A DNA stretch of 63,315 nucleotides, filler included, from Malassezia furfur (GCA_052055015.1; 53 parts of 53 records of this genome joined end to end with filler, not necessarily neighbours in it); one strand, 5' to 3'; numbered from the whole stretch's first letter, positions 1 through 11,212 are shown. Numbers and translations: made by a program. The notes: generated by a model not told the origin, from the letters alone.

Positions 1-1102
1 GCGTCGGGCGCGGTGCCGTCGCCGGCCGGCGTGCCGCGCCGCTGTGCAGCAAGCCACGACTTTTCAAACAGGCCGAGGCGCTGGATGTAGTAGGCCGCGA
101 GGCGGCGCGGCACGTCGCTGCTATTGCTGGGCGACGCCGTGGGCGTCCCCGAGCCCCCGCCGACCGCGAGGTCGAGCTGCGACGCAATCATCGCCCACCC
201 GTTCGGGATGCTGCCGATGTGCTCCGAACCGCCCGCGCCGATCACCTTGAGGAACACGTGCTGCAGCTCGACGGAGCGCGTCTCGCCGGGCACCCCGCTC
301 GCGGACGGACCGACGAACGGCGCACCGAGGTCCGCGGGCGGCTGCGCGCCACACTGCACGAGGAAGGCATGCACAATCGACGCAAAGTCGCGGCCCTGCG
401 CAAGACCCGCAGCAACCGCCGCGGCCATGCTGTTGGTCGCCGTCGAGCTCGGCATCGGCGCGGGCGTCGGGTAGCGCTGCGGCTGCGCCGGCGCACCATA
501 GTAGCCCGGCACCGGCGGGGGGTACATGGCATTGGCGACGCGCTGCGCGCCTTGGTGCATGCCCTGCTGCATGGCGCCGTACGTGGGCGCACCGCCCGCC
601 AGCGTCGACGGCGCGCCCTGGGCCGCCATCTTGGGCGACGCCTGGGGGCCCTGCGGCAGGCCTGTGGCGCCTTGCGGCAGCGTCCGTGGCGCAAAGCGCG
701 ACGAGGCCGGCCCGGCGGACGGGTGCGACTGCATCGGCGACGCCGGCGGCGCAGCCTGTGCATTCGGCGCACTCGGCGCCTGCTGCACAATGGGCGGCTG
801 GTTTTGCGACAGCGACGGCTGCAGCATATGGGGCTGGATGCCGTGCGACAGGCCCATCTGCGCCGCCTGCTGCAGCTGCTGCTGGATGTGTGGCGGCAGA
901 TGCTGCGCCGCGCCGCCTTGGGCCGCGCTGAGCTGCTGTGCCAGCATCGGCGCGTTGGCATACGGGTTCGGCTGCGTCGGCGGCGCGCCTTGTCCCGGCT
1001 GGCCCGTCGCCGCAAGGTTTTGGGCATTCGTACGCGCCTGCATTTGGTGGTACTGCTGCATTTGGTATTGCTGGTACTGTTGCTGCTGCAGCATCTGGGC
1101 GA

Positions 1103-1158
<56 letters not shown>
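1..1158 (-). CDS. Q-rich + ARID domain protein fragment, probably SWI/SNF subunit Swi1-like (absent from the ORF track)
   Basis: Open minus frame across the contig: polyQ, a Q/P/A-rich region, then ARID-like RSVELQHVFLKVIGAGG..GWAMIASQL..RLAAYYIQRLGLFEKSW. Confidence 0.65.
1104..1158. repeat. (CTG)18 microsatellite encoding polyQ on the minus strand
   Basis: Perfect repeat running to the contig end. Confidence 0.95.
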
Positions 1159-1258
1159 NNNNNNNNNNNNNNNNNNNNNNNNNNNNNNNNNNNNNNNNNN
1201 NNTTAATTAATTAANNNNNNNNNNNNNNNNNNNNNNNNNNNNNNNNNNNNNNNNNNNN
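1159..1258. other. Artificial contig linker N44-TTAATTAATTAA-N44 (first of 52)
   Basis: Identical six-frame stop spacer between length-sorted contigs. Confidence 0.98.
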
Positions 1259-1745
1259 TTGCGCTTGCCGCACCAAGAGCAGGGTCGACAAAGGCGCCGG
1301 CAAAGCGGTGGATCGAGCCACGGATGGGCAGTAACGTAACCATTTCACTGAGGCAGATGTTGATGCAGAAAAGAATGCTGCCCATGTACAAGTATCCAAT
1401 GATGAGCGAGATGGGGCCAGCCTTGGTGAGCCCAATGCTGGTATTGATGAAGATATTGGTACCAATACTGCCTGCCATGGAAAACATGGCGACCTGCCTT
1501 GCATTCAAGAGACGCGGTTCGACCTTGGCGTCCGCATCGACGACGCTGATGGCATCCTTGGGATCATAGTTACCAAAGTCGACCTCAGGCTTTGCGCCAG
1601 GGACAGCTGGTGCGGGTGTCATTGCCGCGTCTGGACCTGAGCCTGTATGGCTGAGAGCATCCTTGGAATCGTATTCGTCGACGGTCACTTCTGGCTTTTC
1701 CATGGAGCCACCATCTTTAGCGAACCATTTTTCTTGTGAATCCAT
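1259..1745 (-). CDS. Amino acid permease (APC/YAT family), N-terminal fragment
   Basis: LNARQVAMFSMAGSIGTNIF..GPISLIIGY..LSEMVTLLPIRGS..FVDPALG. Confidence 0.9.
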
Positions 1746-1785
1746 GGCGTAGGAAGCTCGTGAAGATTCCAATAATGTTCGCGTC

Positions 1786-2030
1786 TATATCAAGAGGAAG
1801 CTTATCAGTGCTTGTCGAAATAGGGACTAGCGACATAGGACTCCGCAGGCTATCTATGCGTGGGGCTGACAATGCCAAGCCGGTATGATAAGCGTCAGGT
1901 GCGTACCTGCCGTGCCGAGATAAGGCCATCACGGGACAAGCGCGGCTTGTACAAAATTAAATAGGTCAAAGAGGCTGCAAAGACTCTGCTTTCTATCACT
2001 TAGACGTACTTTCTATCACTAAGACGTACC
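1786..2030. promoter_or_regulatory. Bidirectional promoter with a GATA-site cluster
   Basis: GATAAG at 1801(-), 1887, 1919; GATAG at 1850(-), 1993(-), 2013(-); GATA at 1788(-). Confidence 0.5.
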
Positions 2031-2082
2031 TATGCTCCAGAATGGATCTGAAACGTATTCTGCACAGCTTCTCATTCCCCAG

Positions 2083-2413
2083 ATGGGCGCGCTACAGATA
2101 ACAGGAGCACTGCTGCTTATTGTCCTCGGCGCTATCCTGGTCGCCGAGCTGACCGCTTCTTGGAAGACGCGGCACTGGAATCTGCGCTCACCACTAGCCA
2201 CGTCGCCCATCATCGGCGCACTATTCGCGCTAAAGGAGAAGCCATGGGAGACGCTCCGCCAAGTGTACATGCGCGAGAAGCTCGGTTTATACAAAGTGCG
2301 AATTGGCTACCAGCATGTCGTCGTTATAAACAACGTCGATGCAGCCAACCAGGTCTTTGTACGCAACGGGCTTCATTCAGCGTCGAGGCCGGTCACTACC
2401 TCAATTATGCAGA
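2083..2413 (+). CDS. Cytochrome P450, N-terminal fragment (alternative start 2032)
   Basis: TM anchor, PIIGALF, LYKVRIGYQHVVVINNVDAANQVF..SRP typical of a CYP N-terminus. Confidence 0.8.
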
Positions 2414-2514
2414 NNNNNNNNNNNNNNNNNNNNNNNNNNNNNNNNNNNNNNNNNNNNTTAATTAATTAANNNNNNNNNNNNNNNNNNNNNNNNNNNNNNN
2501 NNNNNNNNNNNNNG

Positions 2515-3547
2515 ATGAAGCCGCGCTTGCTGTCGAACCAGGAGCTGTCGATGCTCGGTGAGTCGCTGTTGCAGCCCGCGTTCGAGGTGAAGCGCACGCC
2601 GTCGCTCCTGTCGCCGCCCGTGCCGCCCAAGGGTACGGGCAGTGACGTGGTACACACGCACGGCCACACGTTCCAGCCGACGAGCGTCTTGCGCCCGTCG
2701 ACACGGTGCATGGTGTGCGCGCGCAACGTGTGGGGGCAGCAAGAGATGCGGTGCGGCGCGTGCCAACAAGTGTCGCACACGCAGTGTCTCGCGCAGGTCA
2801 CGACGGTGTGCCCCGGCACACAGTCCGGCCCACCGAGCTCGCCGTCGCTGCACTCGCGCACATCGTCTGCGTCGGGCGTCAGCATGCTCGGCCGCTCGCT
2901 TGTGGAGCAGGCGCAGCGCGAGAACCAGCCGGTGCCGCGCCTGATCGACTGGTGCGTCGCCGCCGTGGAGCAGAACGGCCTGAACGACGAGGGGCTCTAC
3001 CGCAAGTCGGGCGGGATCCAGCAGCAGCGCCTCATCCTGCAGCACTTTGACAGCGGCCAGCCGTTCGACCTGTGCGATCTGCGCCAGTTCAACGACATTG
3101 GCGCGATCACGAGCGTGCTCAAGCACTACCTGCGCGAGCTGCCCGAGCCACTCATCCCGCGCGACGCTCACGGCGCCTACCTCGAGTTTGGCGAGCGCCT
3201 CGCGCACACCCACCACACCGTCGCGCTCAGCACGATGCGTGGCCTGCTCGACCGCCTGCCGGACGCACACCGCGCGACGCTCCGCCGGCTGTGTCTCCAC
3301 CTGAAACGTGTCGACCAGCACGAAGACAAAACGCGCATGTCGGCCCGCAACCTTGGACTGGTGTTCGGACGTAGGTGCTTTGCCCACTCACACAGCGACC
3401 CTCATGCGCGCCGCCAACCCTGCACAGGAGCTCGTCGAAACGAGCGCGTATGCACGCACCGTCGAATGTAGGTGCTTGGCCCCGGCTGACCCAGTCTTGA
3501 TCATTCACGCACCCACCTTGTTTATAGATCCTGTACATACGCTATGA
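2515..3547 (+). CDS. C1-domain RhoGAP, 3' part; introns 3371-3395 and 3468-3494
   Basis: HTFQ..C..C C1 finger, EGLYRKSG, LKHYLRELPEPL; splicing restores VFGPTLMR and VEFLI. Confidence 0.9.
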
Positions 3548-3664
3548 TGGGTGGATCGGTGTCGCCAGCACCTCGTCGCTCGCGGGCGCCGCCGCACCCG
3601 GCAGCGTCCAAAAGTCGGCCGCGCCGGGCGACAGCGGCCGCGCCTCGTCCTCGTGCGCGGGCGA
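3542..3664 (-). CDS. C-terminal 40 aa of an unknown convergent gene
   Basis: Open frame from the contig end (SPAHEDEARP..PIHPS*) with coding-like codon use. Confidence 0.45.
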   Translation of the reverse strand, partial: SPAHEDEARPLSPGAADFWTLPGAAAPASDEVLATPIHPS

Positions 3665-3764
3665 NNNNNNNNNNNNNNNNNNNNNNNNNNNNNNNNNNNN
3701 NNNNNNNNTTAATTAATTAANNNNNNNNNNNNNNNNNNNNNNNNNNNNNNNNNNNNNNNNNNNN

Positions 3765-4910
3765 CGCAGGCGGCGCTCGTCACCGCGCACGTCGACGCGC
3801 TCGTCCGCGCGGTGCCCGTGCTGCTCGACCGAGACGAGACGCGCGCGCTCGGCGAGGTGTATGCGCTGCTGCGCGACGCGGACGCGCTCGGTGCGCTGCG
3901 CACGGCGTGGGCCGCGTACGTGCACGACGCGGGCGCGCGCATCGTGCGCGGTGCCGACGAGCCGCTGATCGCCGCGCTGCTCGCGCTGCTCGCGCGGATG
4001 CAGCGCGTGGTGCGTGTGTGCTTTGCGTCCGACGCGGCGATGACGTACGCGATGCGCGACAGCTTCGAGGCGTGCGTGAACGCGGCGGGGAGCAAGCCCG
4101 CGGAGCTGCTCGCGCGCTTTGCGGACGCGCAGCTGCGCGCGGGCAACAAGGCGCGCAGCGACGCGGAGCTCGACGCGTGCATGACGCAGGTCCTCGCGCT
4201 GTTCCGCTTCCTGCGCGACAAGGACATGTTTGAGGAGTTCTACAAGCGGTGCTTCGCCAAGCGCCTGCTGCTTGCGCGCTCGGCGAGCGACGACGCGGAG
4301 CGCGCGATGCTGCTCAAGCTCAAGGACGAGTGCGGCCCCGACTTCACCGCGCAGCTCGAGACGATGCTCAAGGACGTGCAGCTCTCCGACGGGCTGATGG
4401 CCGCCTACGCGGACCGCCGCGCCGGCGCGCCGTTCGACTTCGAGGCGCGCGTCCTGACGCAGGCGCACTGGCCGACGTTCCCCGACACGGCCGTCGCGCT
4501 GCCCGCCGCGCTCCAGCGCGAGCTCGCGCGCTTCGAGGCCTTCTACCACACGTGCCACTCGGGCCGCGCACTGCACTGGCGCCACGCGCTCGGCTTCTTC
4601 TTGCTGACCGCGGACCTCGGCGCGGCCGGCACGCGCGAGCTGCACGTCAGCACGTTCCAGGCGGCCGTCCTGCTCGCGTTCAACGGCGCGCCGCGCGGCG
4701 CGGCGCTGTCCTACACCGCGCTCGCCGCGGCGACGCAGCTGCCCCCCGCCGAGCTGCGGCGCACGCTGCAGAGCCTCGCGTGCGGGCCGATCCCCACGCG
4801 CGTCCTGCGCAAGCACCCGCAGGGCCGCGACGTGCACGACACCGACACCTTTGCGGTGAACGAGGCGCTGAAGAACGAGCGGCGGCGCATCCGCATCAAC
4901 CAGATCCAGC
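3765..4910 (+). CDS. Cullin (Cul4-like), internal fragment
   Basis: KPAELLARF..DKDMFEEFYKRCFAKRLLL..SASDDAE..KLKDECG..LQSLACG. Confidence 0.92.
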
Positions 4911-5010
4911 NNNNNNNNNNNNNNNNNNNNNNNNNNNNNNNNNNNNNNNNNNNNTTAATTAATTAANNNNNNNNNNNNNNNNNNNNNNNNNNNNNNNNNN
5001 NNNNNNNNNN

Positions 5011-6155
5011 GCGCGCGGCGGCGCCGATGCTGTCGGACCCCGCCGAGGTGGCGCACCTGGACCTGGACGAGCTGATCGCGGCGCTGGTGGCGCAGTCGCC
5101 GAACCTCTCGACGTTTTTCCTGCGCGGGCTCGAGGCGGAGGAGCGGGTGGTGCGCACCGAGATCAACCTGCAGCGTGCGCTGCGTGCGGCGATCGAGAGC
5201 GGGCAGCTGGTGCCGATCGGCATGCTGCATGTGCCGCCGCACGCCGAGGTGCAGGTGGTCGCCGTGTATACCCCCAGCGGCTCCACGCGGCCGCACATCC
5301 AGGGCACGGCGCGCAAGCAGGACTCGCGCATCTTCCTGCGGCTGCTCGAGTTTGACGCGGCGCGCGCGGCGCACCTGCCCGAGTTTGCGGCGCTGCAGCG
5401 GCGCGACATCGACGAGCTGCCCGTGCGCGACCTGATGGTGCGCTCGACGGTGTGCCGGAGCATGCTCGAGCTCGGGCAGCCGCACATCAACTTTGGCGCG
5501 ATGGACAAGGGCGAGAAGCGCGAGCGCAAGATCTGGATCCAGAACCGGTCCGAGTGGGCGCTGCGCTACTACATCCGCAAGAGCGGGAGCATCGCGAGCG
5601 GCGACATCCGCCTCGGACTCGGGCGCTACGGCGTGGTGCCCGGCTACGGGAAGCGCGGCGTCGACTTTGTGTTCTCGCCGTCGCTCTCGGGCCCGTTCTA
5701 CGAGCGGCTCCTCGTGGAGAACATCGCGGACCACGACAACGACCAGCCCGTCGTGCTCAAGGCGGCCGTGCGCAAGGTGGCCAACTTTGCCACCGACCCC
5801 AGCGCGCTCGACTTTGGCACGTGCCGCGCCGGCCAGGTGTCGATGCCCGAGAGCGTGCTGGTGAGCAACACGACGAACAAGGCGCGCGCGTTCGTCGTGC
5901 GCATCGACGACGCGCTCGTGCCGCCCGTGCCGCTCGACGTGCTCGTCGCGACGTCCGACGACTCCGTCACCCACCGCACCCTCTCGCGCGAGGAGGAGGA
6001 GGAGGTCGAGACGCTCCTTCAAAAGCTCAAGATCGCCGAGCGCAAGGGCAACACGGACAAGCTCGCCAAGTACCGCGAGCGCCTGCAGCACCTCGGCGCG
6101 CCCGTCCCGCCCGCCGCCGGCGCGGACGCCAGCAGCGAGCCGGGCAGCGAGCCCA
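5011..6155 (+). CDS. Uncharacterised protein with Ig-like (ASH/PapD-like) modules, fragment
   Basis: Two modules: INFG..KIWIQNRSE..FVFSPSLSGPFYE and PSALDFGTC..VLVSNTT. Confidence 0.55.
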
Positions 6156-6255
6156 NNNNNNNNNNNNNNNNNNNNNNNNNNNNNNNNNNNNNNNNNNNNT
6201 TAATTAATTAANNNNNNNNNNNNNNNNNNNNNNNNNNNNNNNNNNNNNNNNNNNN

Positions 6256-7341
6256 CCGACCTCTATACCCTCGTCCAAGACACCCTCCGCACCCCCACGT
6301 CCCTCGACGCCGTCTACACCGCGTGCGCCGCGTCGCTCGGCGTTGCGCCCGTCGCGCCCGTCGCGCCGCACATGCCGTGGCTCGCGGCGCTCCTCGCCGT
6401 GTACGCCGCGCTGCGCCCCGCCGCGTCGGCGACGGGCGTCGCGGCTGCCCAGCCCGTCGTCGAGGCGATGCTCGCGGTGCACTGGGACGCCGAGACGCTT
6501 GCGCGCCTCCCCCCGGGGCTCGCGCTGCCGCTGCACGAAGCGCTGCGCACGTGCCAACTCGACCCCCCGCCGGCATGGCCGCCGGCCGCGTACGCGCTCG
6601 TCCGGCGCCTCGACGCATCCGCACAGGCCGGCGGCGCACACACGACGGGCCGCGTGCGCGTCGCGCCGTCGCTGCTGCGCACACTGCCCGACGGCCTCGA
6701 CCCGCTGAGCGCCCAGCTCTTCGCACACGACTACCGCCTCGCGGAAGTCGCGCGCATGCTGCAGACGACGCACGCCAACGTCGCGTACGTCGCGCCCGAC
6801 GACGAGCGCGACGAGGCTGAGCACCACGCGGAGCTCGTGCACACGGCGCGCACGCTCGCGGAGCGCACGATGGCGCAGTGCGTCGGGCGCGGCGCGTTCC
6901 GCATGGCGTCGCGCGCCGTGCGTGCGACGGCGACGTGGCGCACGCCGCGGCTCAACGTCGCGCTGCGTGCGCTGCCCGGCGGCGCGGTCGTCGCGCATCC
7001 GTATGCCGCGGACCCGCACGAGGTCGAGTGGCCCGAGTTCCACAACGGCGTGGCCTCTGCGCTGGAGATTGCGCTGCACGCCGACGACCGCCTCGACTCG
7101 AGCTGGATCTTTAGCCATAGCACGGCGCCGCGCGACGCGGCGCGGCACGCGGGCTTTCTGCTGGGCCTCGGGCTGCAGGGCCACCTCGCGCGCCTCGGGC
7201 GCGTGCACGCGTACCGCTACCTCGCGCCGCGGCACGCGCTCACGACCGTCGGCCTCGTGCTGGGCGTCGCGGCGTCGTTCCGTGGTACCGCGGACCCCGC
7301 GGCGCGCCAGGTGATGGCCGTGCAGGCCGCGGCGTTCCTGC
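6256..7341 (+). CDS. APC1: Anaphase-promoting complex subunit 1, fragment
   Basis: WPEFHNGVASAL..SWI..HAGFLLGLGLQGHL..TTVGLVLG PC-repeat region. Confidence 0.9.
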
Positions 7342-7496
7342 CGGCGCGGTCGTCGCGCATCCGTATGCCGCGGACCCGCACGAGGTCGAGTGGCCCNNNN
7401 NNNNNNNNNNNNNNNNNNNNNNNNNNNNNNNNNNNNNNNNTTAATTAATTAANNNNNNNNNNNNNNNNNNNNNNNNNNNNNNNNNNNNNNNNNNNN

Positions 7497-8193
7497 CCGC
7501 TTGCGCTCCGCGCGAGGCGGAGCATCCGACTCCGCCGCCCCCCGCGGCGCGGCAGCGCGGCGCGCCTTCGCCGCACCCTGCGCATTCCACTTGCCAGGCC
7601 ACGCGGCAAAGCCGCCGTGGTCGCCCAGCAGGCAGATAGCCTCATAGGCCGCCGCCTCGACGGGCTGGACACTCAGGCGCGAGCGGTGCAGCAGCGGCAT
7701 CGCCGCGAGGCTCGCGAGGTGCGCATCGGTGAGGTAGGCGACGTCGGCACGCTCTGCATCGCTCAGTCCCTCGGCGAGGTGCTGCAGCAAGGCCAGCGGC
7801 ACAAAGTGCGGCAGGCGGCGCACAAACCGTACATCCACGCGGTACCACCGCGGGTCGTCGGGGCGCGTGTGTGGATCAAAGTAGGGGTGCCCTGCCTCCC
7901 ATGCCGTAGGGTCAGGGTACCCCTCGCGGCACACCTCGGCCAGTGCCGCGACGCCTGTGGGTGAGCGGGGCGCGGGCGCTCGACGCACCTGGGAGTTTCG
8001 TGTTGCTGTGGTAGAACAGCACGGGATGCCCGACCTTCATGTCGTCGCGGAGAAAGTTGCGCGCCTGGTAGTTGCGCACGCCCTCCCATGCCGAGGTGCG
8101 CACGGGCTCAAACGTCGCCGCGCTGAACGACACATCCACGCCGTTCACGCGGCGTTCCTCCGGCTCGGCCTTCAGCAGCCAATGCGTGGGCAT
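7497..8193 (-). CDS. EVE-domain protein (THYN1-like); intron 7955-7988
   Basis: WLLKAEP..WEGVRNYQARNFLRD.MKVG..FYHSN..YPDPTAW..YFDP..RLSVQPV. Confidence 0.9.
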
Positions 8194-8278
8194 GGGGCAC
8201 CCCCTCCACATAGGCGGGGCTTGTGGGGTGCGCCGGGCTGCGGTGCGGGCTGCGGAGCGGGTTGCGGCCCAAACCACC

Positions 8279-8628
8279 ATGGCGCGCCTGGGGGCCTGGT
8301 ACCACCACTGCTTCGAGACGCGCCCGTGGGCGACGCTCATTGCGACCAACGGCACGCTTACGCTCTTGGCGGATGCGCTGGCGCAGAGCTACGAGCGCAA
8401 GCAATCGGTGCAAGCGCGGGAGCGTGAGAAAATTTTGCCCACCCCGACCGAGCCGGTGCCGTGGGACTGGCACCGCTCGGGGCGCTTCCTGCTGTTTGGC
8501 TCCGCGATGGCGCCGCTGCTCGGCGAGTGGAACCACTTTTTGGAGCACCGGTTCCCGATGCGCAGCGCGACGGGCAAAATCATCGCAATGGGCCTCGTCC
8601 GCCGCGTCGCGATGGACCAGCTGCTGTT
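8279..8628 (+). CDS. Mpv17/PMP22 family (Sym1-like), first exon
   Basis: RPWATL..TNGTL..ADALAQ..WDWHRSGRF..RRVAMDQ followed by a GTACGT donor at 8629. Confidence 0.85.
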
Positions 8629-8736
8629 GTACGTGGNNNNNNNNNNNNNNNNNNNNNNNNNNNNNNNNNNNNNNNNNNNNTTAATTAATTAANNNNNNNN
8701 NNNNNNNNNNNNNNNNNNNNNNNNNNNNNNNNNNNN

Positions 8737-9664
8737 TCCGCCTGCCGGTCGCGCCGTGGATGCGCGCGACGTACGCGCTCGACGCACCCGCGGAGCCCGC
8801 GCCGCTGCTCCTCGAGCCGACCGCGCCGCCAGCGTCGAGCGCGTGGTGTGCGGTCGTCGCAGGCCTCGTGCGCTACGGCTACGTCGACGCCGAAGAGGTG
8901 CTCGACGTGCTGTGCGCGTATGCGCCGCGCGCCGCGCGCACCGACGCATTCTACGAGCCATGCGTCGCGCTGAGCGACGCGCTGCTGTGCACCACGTCGG
9001 TGCCCGGCTCGCCGTGCTCGGTCGCGACGCTCGGCGCCGCGGCGTGGTACGACCTCGGCCTGCTCGCCAAGCAGCATGTGCGCCGCGACGCGCTCGTGCC
9101 GTGGCTCGTGGCGATCCGCGGCGTGCCGGCGCTGCAGGCGTCGCTCGCGCCGCACCTCGCCGCGCTGCGCACGCAGTGGTACACCTACCCAGATGCCTTC
9201 GTGCGCGGCGCCGCGCGCGTCGCGCCCGCGGACGCGCTCGACGTCGCACGCACCTACGACCCGACGACCGCGCCGCGCGACGTGCACGACGCCGCGGACG
9301 TCGCGCGCGTCGTCGCACACGCCTCGCCGTGGACGGCGTCGTTTGCGCTCGCGCTCCTCCACTGCACGCTGCGCATGGCGCCGACGCACGAGCAGGTCGC
9401 GCTCGCCGACGCGCTCGTGCCGTCGCTCCTGCCCGCGCCCGCCGTGGCGCGCGGCGCGCCGTTCGAGCAGCTCACGCGCCTCGGCATGCCGCCGGCGTTC
9501 CCTACGGAGCTCGCACACGCCGCGCTGCGCCGCTGGATGCGCGGCAACGAGGCCGCGGCGCATGCACTCGCGCGCCTTGCGCAGCACACACGGGGGCTCG
9601 CGTGTGACGGCGTCGACGCCGCGATGCACCGCGTGTGCGACGCCCTCGAGCGCGACGCACGCGC
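8737..9664 (+). CDS. Helical-repeat protein fragment, probably the upstream part of MMS19/Met18
   Basis: Long A/L-rich frame joined to an inverted MMS19 piece; identity inferred from that junction. Confidence 0.45.
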
Positions 9665-9875
9665 ATGGGCGTCCGGGATGCGGAGCGTGTGCACGAGCAG
9701 CGGCAAAAGCTCCGTCACGCGGTCGGACACGGCGGCGTCCGGCAGGGCCGGCAGGAGCGTCGCGAGCGCCACGAGGTAGGTCATCGCCGCGGACGACTCG
9801 GCGTGCGTGCGGTAGTCGGTGACGAGCTGCGGCAGGAGGCGGTCGAGGAGGCGCTGCTTGTACAGCATGCGCACC
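9653..9875 (-). CDS. MMS19: MMS19/Met18 C-terminal-region fragment (inverted)
   Basis: RMLYKQRLL..LLPQL..YLVALATLL..LLPLLVHTL. Confidence 0.7.
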
Positions 9876-9975
9876 NNNNNNNNNNNNNNNNNNNNNNNNN
9901 NNNNNNNNNNNNNNNNNNNTTAATTAATTAANNNNNNNNNNNNNNNNNNNNNNNNNNNNNNNNNNNNNNNNNNNN

Positions 9976-11112
9976 TATGCTCGCTTGCGTGCGCACCGAC
10001 CCCGAGCTGCGCCCCCTCGCGGCGGCAGCGGCGCTTGCAGCCGATTCCGCGGCGGCGGCCGCGCACGCAAGCGAGCATATACCCGCGCGGCGTGCGTTTG
10101 TGCTCTCGCGTCCGCCCGGCCACCACTGTAGCGGCGCGGAGCCCCAGGGATTCTGCTGGGTGAACAATGCCGTGGTCGCCGCGGCACATGCGCACGCAGC
10201 GCACGGCATCGATCGCGTGGTGGTGCTCGACATTGACCTGCACCACGGCAACGGGACGCAGTCGCTCGCGTGGCGCATCAACGCCGAGGCGGTCAAGGCG
10301 GACGCCGACCGCGCCGCGCGCCTCGCCGCGCACCGCCGCGCGACGCGGGGGCGCAAGCAGGAGCGGCGCGAGACGTACGAGCAGCTGTGCGAGGACGAGG
10401 TGGTGGTCGGCCGCCGCGCGCTGCAGATCTGCTACACGAGTCTGCACGACATCGATAGTTTCCCGTGCGAGGACGGGGACGCGGAGTACGTGAGGAATGC
10501 GAGTGTGTGCCTCGGCGGCGCGCACGGGCAGTGGATTTGGAATGGTACGTTGCGCCCGAGGATGAGACGATGTCTAGTAAAAGGTCCGACGGAGCCGCGG
10601 CTCGCCGCGTGCGCCGCGTGACGAATGCACGACACGGAGGGCCATTTGGGGGAGCAGACTAACCCCAGTGCACCTCGCCACGCACCGTGACGACGCCGAG
10701 TTCGACCGGCTCTACACGGAGAAGTACGCGGCGATCCTCGCCAAGGCGCGCGAGTTTGCGCGCGCGACCCACGCCCATGCGCCGCGCACGCTCGTGCTCA
10801 TCTCGTGCGGCTTTGACGCGTGCACGTACGAGTACCCCGGGATGCAGCGGCACGGCAAGCACGTCCCGCCCGCGTTCTACGCGCGGTTCGCGCGCGATGC
10901 CGCACAGCTTGCGGACGAAATCGCCGACGGCAAGCTCGTGAGCCTGCTCGAGGGCGGCTACTCGGACCGCGCGCTGACGAGCGGCGCGCTCGCCCACGTC
11001 GGCGCGCTCGCGGGCCTCGACGGCTCGCAGCACGAGCAGCGGCCGTGGAGCCTGGACCACCTGGCGCAGCTCGAGCGCATGGCCAAGCGCGTCGGCGCCG
11101 CCGGCACCGCGG
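9976..11112 (+). CDS. HOS3: Histone deacetylase, Hos3-like; intron 10545-10668
   Basis: RPPGHH, GFCWVNN, DIDLHHGNGTQ, SLHDIDSFPCEDG, SCGFDA, LEGGYS. Confidence 0.88.
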
Positions 11113-11212
11113 NNNNNNNNNNNNNNNNNNNNNNNNNNNNNNNNNNNNNNNNNNNNTTAATTAATTAANNNNNNNNNNNNNNNNNNNNNNNNNNNNNNNN
11201 NNNNNNNNNNNN

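Noticed and set aside
526..1206. Poly-Cys (and poly-Leu/Ala) ORFs as metallothionein-like proteins
   Set aside because: They are antisense shadows of the CAG/polyQ gene
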